A stretch of DNA of 55,787 nt, the filler included, from Jimgerdemannia flammicorona (Eukaryota), in assembly GCA_003990765.1 (NCBI GenBank). It is 3 parts of 3 records of this genome, joined end to end, with 100 filler letters (N's around TTAATTAATTAA, not from the genome) between each part and the next. Parts side by side here need not be neighbours in the genome. Positions count along the whole stretch, not along the records: positions 1 to 18,535 come from RBNJ01002188.1; 2 more parts are not named here. One strand, 5' to 3'. How positions within the stretch are numbered: position 1 is the first letter of the stretch; every line of letters begins with the position of its first letter. Positions 1 to 9,149 of this stretch are shown one piece after another. The position numbers and the translations under genes were made by a program. Below the pieces are notes generated by a model that was given only the letters and a program-made list of their open reading frames with translations, made no database searches and was not told the origin of the DNA.

Positions 1-132
1 AGAGTTGTGGTGCGGGAGGATGGGGTGTCATTGGCAGGCACTATGGTGAGGGGGGGTCCTTGTGGGATAGGTTGAGGGTTCGGGATGTATTATTCTTACT
101 ATAGACACGTTAATAAAGGGAGTCCAAGTGAC

Positions 133-164
<32 letters not shown>
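1..164 (+). mobile_element. 3' end of an L1/Tx1-like LINE (AATAAA, terminal hairpin, polyA) inserted into the RT of gypsy copy A1
   Basis: AATAAA at 112-117, AGTC-CAAGT-GACT at 121-133 and an A-run at 136-164. The same terminal motif ends the LINEs at 11415-11461 and 20955-20990. Gypsy RT (MPFG) resumes at 165. Confidence 0.8.
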
Positions 165-168
<4 letters not shown>

Positions 169-560
169 AAAGGGCATTCAGAGGTATTCAAACAGTTTTC
201 CTAGAGCAAGGAAGGCTGTCTTTTGGATGTCCTTGGGGTCCATGGGGATCTCATGGAATCCTGCAAAGAGGTCCATACTGCTGAAGTATCTGGCATCTTG
301 TAACTAGTCCAGAAGGTCATCGATTCTGGGCAGAGGATAAGCATCCTTTTCAGTGACTGAGTTGAGTTTTCTGTAATCCACGCAGAGTCTCCATCCTCCT
401 TTCTTTTGTACAATAAGTATAGGGCTGGCCCAGGGGCTGGTAGAGGGTCGGATGACTCCATTGTCTAAGAGTTCTTGGATGTACTCCTTTTCAAATGTTT
501 CCAAGTGATGGGGTATTCTATAGGGTTTCTACTGGATGGTTGTTGCACTTCCTGTATTTA
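165..560 (-). pseudogene. Gypsy reverse transcriptase, N-terminal part (copy A1)
   Basis: [31 protein letters not shown]...[11 protein letters not shown] in ORF 304..504, followed by a premature stop. Confidence 0.95.
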
Positions 561-1107
561 TGCTTTGATGATATGATGGATTGTATGGCAGGTTGCCATA
601 ATCAGTAGTGAAGATATCTTGATATTTGTTGAGAAGTTCTACTAGTTGTTGCTGTTGTTGAGGTGTCAATTCTTCTCCAATGTTGGTGGAAGGCTTCACT
701 GTCTCCTGGGTCACAGAGTGGCCTTTCCTTTCTTCTGGGACCTTTTGCCATTTCCCAATAGGTTTAGTTCATAAACATCCCTATGAGTTCGGTTGAGAAA
801 AGGCACCAGATGTCCTATGATGGTTCCTTTTGGCAGGATGATGGTCTCCCAACTTTGGTTGGTTGCTTGGGAGTGTACTGGGTTCATCTTGTCAGGGAAT
901 GTGTGTCCCTCTATATCTAGGTGTGGAATATCTTCCTTAGGTTCAAAGAAAAGGTTTCTGGGGTCGGGTGGTGCAAAGATTTCGAAGGTAGTTTATCCTC
1001 CAGACTCCAGGATGAGATTCTTGTGCAGTCTGACTGGTTGCCAGTATACTTGCTGGGGAACATTCCTCTTGAGGTGGTTGACTTGAAGGAGATGTACCTC
1101 TTTCCTG

Positions 1108-1500
1108 TCTGAACTTCCAAATCCCTTGGCTTGTCTTGTTCCTTCAGTTAGTTCAGAGACTTCCTGTAAATGTGGGGTCTTGACCTTCATGAAGACTGCT
1201 TGGGCAATCTTCTGTCCTCTAATGATCTGGTGCCATTCTGTACTGCTGTTGTGTAGGATGACCTTGATTTCACCTATATATCCAGGGTCAATGGTTCCTC
1301 CTTCTACAGTTATCCCTTGTCTGGCAAGTCCAGACCTTGAGGTCAGTTCAATATAAGCTCCTTGAGGTGGCTGCATGGCTAATCCAGTTCTGACCATGAA
1401 GGTTTTTCCAGGCTTGATGGATTCATCCTCCAGGCTGTGAAGATCATATCCTATATCCTCTGAGTGGGCTTTGGTCGGGGGTTTGGCCTTGGGGTGCAGC
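1108..1500 (-). CDS. dUTPase domain of family A pol (uninterrupted in this copy, within ORF 993..1739)
   Basis: All five trimeric dUTPase motifs: DIGYDL, SRSGL, GTIDPGYIGEI, KIAQAV, RQAKGFGSS. Confidence 0.93.
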
Positions 1501-2849
1501 AGGGCATACTGGGCAATGTCCTTGCTGAGTTCAGGCTTTCCTAAGGCTGAAGCTCCACTAGCAGAAAGCCTCCATGCTCTAAGGTTGAGGTGTGGCCATC
1601 TGGCTCCAGTAGAGGGGTATAGGAGGTAATTGATTCCCCTCCTTCCTGTAGGGTCAAGGGCTTCCATAAAGTTGGTAGCATCTTCTGCCCATCCTTGGCG
1701 GGTTACATGTCTACTGAGAGCTAGGATGTCTTCTCCCAAATTGTAAATCTTGAGGATTCTTTTTCCAGGCCTCTTGGTCTGGCTTTTTCGAATCTGGCTT
1801 TTTCGGATCTGGCTTCAGTTATCTCCTTTCTTCAAGGTGTGCACTGCAACATCATGGCTGAGGTGAATCTTCTGGTGTCTGCAGTCTCAGCAATCAGGAT
1901 GTCTCCCATGGTTGCAATACCCCATTGCTCGGAAATGACGTTCCTGGCTATTTATCTCTTGTTGTCTTGGGAATCGGTATCCATCTTGATCATAGATTGG
2001 GGGAAGGGTAGACAAGGGGTATATTTCTGTTCGGGTAAAGAAGCCTTGTCCTCTAAATCGACTTTGTAACCTTGTGGTGACTTCCTGAAAGGTGGTAGAC
2101 TGTGCAGAGTAGTTGGGAGTTCTGGTCTCTGGGGTCTCTGTCTTTCTTGTTGGTCCAACAGATGATACTGATAGCAATAGTCTCGGGGAGAGTGGAAGAC
2201 CTTTTGATGTGGACACCTTCCTAGCCGGGAAGCTTTCTCTTGGTGGGTTTCTTTCTTGGGGATAATGGTGATGGTACTGGGTCCTTCCTCTGTATTCCAG
2301 GGGTCATTGTCTTCAGGTGGTGTCCAGCGAGAGTCATCTCAGGGAATGAGTTTGGGGACTTCTTCTTCATCAGATGCTTCTTGTTCAGGAACTTCTTGCT
2401 CAGAAGTTTCTTCTTCCTCAGATGATTCTTGACCCCAAATTGCTTATACTTCTACAGCTTCAGTTGCAGGTGTTTCTGGAATATGTCTGCATTTCTTCTT
2501 CTTTCTTCTGCATTCTGGGCAGGCTGTGCCAGGCGATTGCCTTGTTCCCATGATCTTGGATTGAGTGCTTTGGACACTTGTGTCTCTTGAGGCATGTGGG
2601 GCATCCTTTGGCTTCTCCTGCAATGGCTCCAATAGTGATGGGGATGGTGTTCTTAGCCCACACATTGTCTTCTGGTCTGTCATCCACCAGGTTAATTCGG
2701 GGATTCAGTCTGGGATCATTTCCATCTTCGGATTCTTCTTCTTCTTCAGTAGTAGATTCTTCACTGCTGGCATACTCTTCCTGAATAGTGACCTTCTTTT
2801 TCTTCTTCGATTGCTCATAGCTGGTCACCTTAACTCTGTACTTCTTGCC

Positions 2850-3185
2850 TCGGTAGTCAAACTTGAGTACTTGTTGGCCAATGTCAACAACTGCATTCAT
2901 CTCCTTCATCCAATTGGTGCCAAGAATCATGTCATAGATGACAGCTTCAGTGACAACAGCTTTGGGAATGGAGAACTGAATGTGTCCCAGGGAGATAGTG
3001 ATATTTCATACTTCTCCAAGGGGTTGAGTTCGGGCTCCATCTGCTACTATGATGCTGAGGTTGGATGGTCCATCAATGGGCCATTGGAGGGTGTCCAATA
3101 ATTGTTTGGCAATGACACAGACAGCTGCTCCTATATCAATGAGGATTTTCGCTTTTTGTCCTCCAATGTCTCCATGTAAGTAGGT
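2850..3185 (-). pseudogene. Retropepsin aspartic protease (copy A1)
   Basis: KILIDIGAAVC (DTG in copy A2), then IVADG and YDMILGTNWM. Confidence 0.9.
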
Positions 3186-3659
3186 GCTGATATGTCTTTC
3201 AGCTGCTTGAACTGGGATGGAAGCTGGTTCTTGCTGTGGGATTGGAACTCAGCCAGTGCTAGACCTGGTGGTTTTCAGCAATTTATTTCGGACTCCTGCT
3301 GGTGTCAGTTGCAGAAACTGCAGAAGAGGAACTTCCATCTTGGCTTCTTGAATCTTCTGCCAGGCTTCATTGTAAATGTCTCTAGGCATGGTCTTTGGGG
3401 TATACTTTTTCTTAGGCCTTGGAGCAACAGGTTCCTGTTCTTCTTGTTCCATTTCCTCATCTTCTGGTGGTAATTCATTTGTCTCAGGCACAAAAGGTGA
3501 GGGGGTTAGGGGAGATGTTTCAACTTGTTCCTCCTCATATTCTTCATCCTCTTCTTGAATGATTCTCCTGCTGATGTTCCTTGATGGTCTTCCCATAGGT
3601 CTCTTTCTTTTTTCTGCTGGATAGACTGTCTTTCGGGTGGTAACCTTGGTAGGATACAA

Positions 3660-5225
3660 GTCTAGGTTACTGTAGTCTTCACTGTTACTTGCTTCCTCAA
3701 AATCTTCAACAGGAGGGGCTTCAGTCTTCTTGTACTGAGTGTCATTCCTTCAGTTTGGTAGTTCTGAGTCCCTTCAGTCACTTCTTTTATTGTCACATTC
3801 AGTGGCATAGTGTCCGAATTGTCCAAAGTGGAAGCATTGGACTTGGGCTCTGTCTCGGGCAGGGTACCTTCTTTCTTCTTGCTGGTAATTTCTGTTATCT
3901 CTTGGTGGATAACCTTGGCTCCTCTGTGGTGGATACCCTCTGTTGTTTTGGTAGTCCCAATTTTCATGTATGGTGAGTTTTTCAATTTATCCAATCAATC
4001 GGTCTAACTTGGAGCTGAGGTCTTGAATTTCACTTCTGTCCTTCTTTCCTTCCTTGGCTGGTCTTCTTTCTTCAGACTTTTCTTGTCCTTGATGGAGTCC
4101 TTGCAGGGCTTTGACCAGGATATCTTCTTTATCTTTCTTTTTGTCATGGTCACTCCATGTAGTTCCTTGCCTGACATCAAAGAATTTTTGGGCTGCATCT
4201 ACTTGCTCTTCAGACCTTCTGATGCCTAGGGTGCGGACATGCTGGGCAATATTCAGAGGAATTCCATTCATGAAGATCATTGGGCCTATGATGTCTTGGT
4301 TGGTGGCATTGAACCCAGCAGAATGCTTTCTCTTCTGGATTCTTGTGAAGAAGGCTCTGGGTGATTCTCCAAGATTTATCTTCATTCCTATGATGGATCC
4401 CTGAGCCTTGTGGTGGGTTTCATTTCCTGCATACTTTTCAATGAGCCAGTGGACCATGGCTTCATATTCTAGCTCATCAGAGAATGCTGCTTGTATCTGT
4501 CTTGCTAGTTCCAAATCTGGGTTGTTTGCTGTTCAGTGGAAAATTGCTCTAGCTGGTTCTCTAAGCTGGGCTTTGTAGATGGCGATTTTTCTTTTGTCTG
4601 AGAGGTTCCTCAAGGCTGCAATTCCTTCAATTCCATCAAGGAATTCTCTGGGGTCTTCCTCCAGGTATCCTGCAAAGGTTGGCAATAAGGTAGCCATTTC
4701 ATTGTCACTTTCTTCTAATTCTGGTTCAGGTTCAGATTCTGATTCTAATTCACTTTCTGAACTGTCACTAGAGACAGGAGTGCTTGGGTATCTTGAAGAT
4801 GGTGTTCTGGTCCTTGGGTGAGGTGGAATAGGCCTAGGTATCCTTGTGGGAGCTACTTCTGGTTCTGCAAGAGGTTGTGCTAGGGGTTCTATTGGTGAGA
4901 TTGGTGGGACAGGTGTATGCTGTCTGGCTGTAAGATGTTGGGTCCAGGTAATAAGTTCGTCTAGTTCTTGTGCAAGTTCTCCAAAAACTCTAGCAGGGCT
5001 GTCTATATTGTCTGGTTGATCTGGTTGATCTGGTTGGGGATTTCGGGCTGTACTGTCTGCTACTTCTGGTTGGGATCCTTCTGATGCTGGGTAGTTGGCA
5101 AGTCTTGAGATAATTACTTCTCTTCCTGTCCAAATGCTAGTAATCACTGGTTCTCCTGTAGTGGCAGAGGTTGGTATTGTATCAAATGTATCCAGTTTGA
5201 CTGTGGGTTCTTGTGAGCTGAAAAG
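3660..5225 (-). pseudogene. Gag of family A with a long Pro/Ser/Glu-rich N-terminal extension and a CCHC knuckle
   Basis: Capsid-like start LPTFAGYLEEDPREFLDG in ORF 4533..5147, continuing in ORF 3987..4514. Knuckle CFH(F/C)GQFGHYATEC near 3795-3840. Confidence 0.85.
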
Positions 5226-5244
5226 TCATATCGATTTTAAAATC

Positions 5245-5262
5245 TTCCCAGTTGAGCCCCCA
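5245..5262 (-). promoter_or_regulatory. Primer binding site, tRNA-Pro type (copy A1)
   Basis: TGGGGGCTCAACTGGGAA 2 nt after the LTR end. It resembles the known tRNA-Pro PBS TGGGGGCTCGTCCGGGAT, with differences mostly at CpG positions. Confidence 0.8.
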
Positions 5263-5264
5263 AA

Positions 5265-6860
5265 TGTAATGTGCCAGCTCAATGAAGGCAAATTACAAGG
5301 TTGGGGGGTTGATGTAGTTGGGCTTGAGCCCCCAGTTACTTTGTCAAAAAGCAACAAAATGTTCTAAGATTCCTGAGGTCCTTGGTGTTTAGTGGTATAA
5401 TAGTCAAAGCTGGATATCTGCGAGCAATTTCCTTATTGGGACAGTTCTCTGGGTGTAGTGGTGGTTTATGTGAACGGGTTTCCTTCTTGGGTCAACTGGG
5501 AATGGCAGAATTTATGTATAGCGTGAGCGGTTTCCTTCTTGAGTAGTGGATGATTTCTGTGTAGCGCAACGATCTCCTTGTATGTGATGGTCTAGAAATT
5601 TAGCAGTTCTCCTTATACGATTTCTGCGTGACAATCTTGATACAGCAATCTCTGTGTAGCACGATGGGTTCCTTATGTGGATGTTCTGATAATCCAGCAG
5701 ATAACTCAATTTGGCTCACTGGGAATATATGGCATAGATTCTTCTTCTGGGAATAATAGCTCAGATGGTGCGGATAATTCAAATACCTGAGAATAATGCT
5801 GGTGGCGGATTCTTCTCGGGCTCACTGGGAATGCAGATAACTTGGGAATAGTGGATGATGTGGATTCTTCCTGAATCAGTGGACATCTTGAAAATGGCAG
5901 CTTAACTGGGAATTAACTCGGGTGGCATGGATTCTTCTAAATTGGCGGATTCAACTGGGAATACAATGGCGCAGATCCTTTCTGAATCGGTGGCTTCAAC
6001 TGGGAATGTGGATAACTCAAAAACAGTAGATGACATGGATTCTTCCTGAATCGGCGGGGTTCTTATGGGAAACGGGATGGCGGCTTGGAAAGGGTCTCTT
6101 GGCAAAGTTGCATCAAAGACTGGCTTCGTTTGCGCAAATGGATCACTGCAAAGTTGTGTCAGAAACTGGCTTGGGCAAGGCAGCTTTCTCTGGGTGGCAT
6201 AAAAAGTGGAAAAGGCAGAAATCTTCAGGCTTATCTGGCAAGCGAACCAATAATAAGAATTCTCAAAGGCAGCGAAGTTCTCCTTGAACTTAGGTGGCAA
6301 ATCTTCAGGCTTATCTGGCAAGCGAACCAATAGTTCCAAAGGTAGCAAAGTTCTTCCTCGAACTTGGTGGCAAAATCAGCTTTGTATCGGAAAGTGGGCC
6401 AGAGTGGGAATAAGGGGACCAATTGCTCAATCTTTAGAGGCTTCTTTGGTTTGCACTTCAATTTGGAGTGAGGTTTTATTCACTCTCGCCTCTGGGGTAA
6501 TTTATACAAGTTGGTTGCTATCTGGTTACTATGTGGCTAACTATAGATTTGTTATCTTTGGTAATATTTGGGTGTGTCCTCTGGGTACAGGTGTGTCTAC
6601 AGGACATGAGTGTATCTGCAGGACATGAGTGTGTCTGCAGGACATGAGTGTGTCTGCAGGACATGAGTGTGTCCACATGACATGAGTGTGTCTTCAGGAC
6701 ATAGGTAAACAATCCTGATCTGGTGTCTTGGCTAATTATAAGTGTGGCAGTCATGAGTAACTATGATACACTGGAAGTCATGTCATGCTGAGTAAGTATA
6801 CTAATTGTTCACATCATCTGGCTAAGTTATAATTCAAGTGGTACGTTTTGGTCTGTTACA
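5265..6860 (-). repeat. 5' LTR of copy A1 (1596 bp)
   Basis: Sense strand reads TGTAAC...TTACA. Both ends align with the 3' LTR at 44890-46782. Confidence 0.92.
6590..6702. repeat. 19-bp tandem repeat (~5.5 units) in the LTR U3 region
   Basis: AGGACATGAGTGTGTCTGC units. Confidence 0.9.
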
Positions 6861-7230
6861 CTAGCTATATATAGCTAAGTTGGATATCTTTTTCTGTGAG
6901 TTAATTTATAAAGTTGAGAGATCTATATATACATCTATAAAATCTATATAATTGTGAGATTTATATAGTTGTGCTTTTCATAATTATATAAATTATATAT
7001 ATAACTATAAGATCAAGTAATACTAAATAATATATAATACTATACTATATTTGGAAATCAGATCCAGATACTATGAAAAAATATCTATCTTTTGATTATT
7101 ATTTCTAATTTAGATCAATTATTATTATATATATATTATTATAGCTAATGAAATAATTATTATACTAATGAGTCAGTAGAGATAATCTCTGTGGAGTAGA
7201 TTATAGATTATTATAATAATATTACAAATA

Positions 7231-7441
7231 CAGTGAGGGATAAAAGAGATTAAATATTATTTTATTATTATTATTTCATTTTATTGTAGCTTTAATATGA
7301 GTTCTATCAAATTTACATTATAACCAATAATTTAGTAACTCTAGAGCTTCCAAAAAATATTAGTTTTAATTTATTTTATTAATCTTAAATAAAAGTTTAT
7401 GATATTTAAAGTAGGATCACTGATTTGATCACTTTTGTCCC
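7231..7441 (+). repeat. Left terminal inverted repeat of the Tc1 element
   Basis: Reverse complement of 8626-8836 (e.g. CTAGAGCTTCCAAAAAATATTAGTTTTAATTTATTTTATTAAT). Confidence 0.92.
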
Positions 7442-7568
7442 CCACTCTTATTTGGGCTATCTTTGGGCAGTTGTTTCAGATATAATTATCCTATCACTAT
7501 GGAATTTTTCTCTATTATTCTTATCAATATACTCTATCAATTCCAATCTTTAAAATATTTTAAAATCA

Positions 7569-8592
7569 ATGAGAAGGCTCTCAATTGATATTTGTAACTG
7601 CATAATCAATGCACTATATTCTGGCATATCCATACACAAGGTTTCCAAGGAGACAGGTGTTAGTTATAGATTGGTAGAACAAATAAGGAAGGAGGATTGT
7701 ACTGATATTGCCATTGAACCAAAAAACAGCTGGCTGCATGCACTTATCACTTGCGACTCATCATGGATGGTTTGCCAAATCACCTCTGGCAAGGCCAAAA
7801 CTGTCTTCAAGGTCACCAAACTGATGGAAGAAGTTGGGAAAACCGTCAGTACCAAGACCATATATAGAACACTGAAAAAATTGAGCATGAAAGCCTTTGT
7901 TAAGCAAAAAAAACCTAGATTGCTCATATACCATAAGAAGGCTCAGTATGAATTTACCCAAAAATACAAGGATTGAACAGTTAATGATTGGAAACATGTC
8001 ATTTTCTTGGATGAGACCAAGATCAACCACTTTGGCTCTGATGTATGCCTATGGGTATAGAAGAAATCCAGACCCAGTACACCACTTGAAGACCACTACA
8101 TAACTGGTACTGTTAAATTCAGAGGTAGTTTGGTGATGATATTTGAGCTATATATCATTTACCGGTATTGGATATGCATACAAAATAGATGGTAGAATGG
8201 ATGGCGAACTCTACAAAAGTATCCTTGATGATGAATTGAAGAAATCCATCAAATATTTTAAGATGCAGCCAAAAAAAAATTTATTTCAGCAAGATAACGA
8301 TTCAAAGCATATATCTGGTTTGACGTAGAAATGGTTCAAAAGCCATTTGATCCACTTGTTAGACTGGCCAGCATAATTGCCTGACCTGAATCCTATAGAA
8401 CATCTGTTGTGGTATATCAAAAGAAGGCTCAACACATATGAGGAAGCACTGAAGGGAATGTAGGTGCTTTGGGAGCAGATGAAAGAAGAGTGGAATGAGG
8501 TTCCTGATAATGTTTGTACTGGATTGGTAGAGAGCAGGCCAAGACATATTGCAGCAGTATTCAAAGCCAAGGGTGGTTATGTAAAATATTAA
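7569..8592 (+). pseudogene. Tc1 transposase, DD34E, with premature stops and frameshifts
   Basis: HTH-like N-terminus, KKPRL linker, VIFLDETKIN, FQQDNDSKH-(34 aa)-PDLNPIEH, and C-terminal KGGYVKY*. Confidence 0.93.
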
Positions 8593-8625
8593 AGTTATCA
8601 ATAAAATGGATATGATAATGCATTA

Positions 8626-8836
8626 GAGACAAAAGTGATCAAATTAGTGATCCTACTTTAAATGCCATAAACCTTTATTTATAATTAATAAAATAAATTA
8701 AAACTAATATTTTTTGGAAGCTCTAGGGTTACTAAATTATTGTTTATAATATGAATTTAATAGAACTCATATTTAAGCTATAATAAAATGAAATACTAAT
8801 AATAAGATAACATTCAATCACTTTTGTCCCTCACTG
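8626..8836 (-). repeat. Right terminal inverted repeat of the Tc1 element
   Basis: Inverse of 7231-7441, followed by TA. Confidence 0.92.
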
Positions 8837-9149
8837 TATATTTGATATAGAAATAAAGAAAGACTCACTCCTTTCTCTACTATTATACTAGTTATAAAAA
8901 TTATCTGAGTTCTTTTTTTTCTAACATATCCTCTCTACCCTAGTATAGTTTGCTATATCTATTAAAGAGTAGTGAGAGGAGAGTAATTATATGATAGACT
9001 TCTTTTGCTCAAACCACTCAGAGTGAGCTAAGCTACATAGATATCTTTTTATCAAAAGCAATACATTTTGAAGTTTTTACTTTATTTATACTGGTATACT
9101 AGATGTAGCAGAAATCTGGCAATAATATATAACAAGTTTCATCAAGATC

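Larger units (their letters stand above)
165..6860 (-). mobile_element. Ty3/gypsy LTR retrotransposon family A, copy A1 (5' LTR to N-terminal RT; degenerate; cut by a LINE)
   Basis: LTR 5265-6860, PBS, gag with zinc knuckle, protease, dUTPase and RT motifs, all collinear with the copies at 37299 and 48004. Confidence 0.95.
7231..8836 (+). mobile_element. Complete Tc1-family DNA transposon (1606 bp)
   Basis: TA|CAGTGAGGGA...TCCCTCACTG|TA, ~210-bp TIRs and an internal DD34E transposase. Confidence 0.95.

Noticed and set aside
165..180. Similarity of the target site GTCCAAAGGG to the LINE 3' hairpin as sequence-guided targeting
   Set aside because: It is the MPFG codon block of gypsy RT, and the other LINE insertion sites show no such match.
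2565..3101. Long antisense ORFs over gag-pol, LINE and DIRS regions (e.g. 2565..3101, 26103..26918, 51413..52021)
   Set aside because: They are shadows of the true coding strand, have no motifs, and have inconsistent boundaries among copies.
5902..6348. 148-aa ORF (and similar ORFs at 45413, 48435, 48852) as LTR-encoded proteins
   Set aside because: They arise from repeat units, and their frames are not conserved among the three LTRs.
5690..6700. LTR repeats as a CRISPR array
   Set aside because: The units are degenerate and tandem without unique spacers, there are no cas genes, and the context is a eukaryotic LTR.
6861..7230. Very AT-rich tract as a replication origin or centromere core
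   Set aside because: Composition alone is insufficient; it is more simply heavily C-to-T-decayed sequence.
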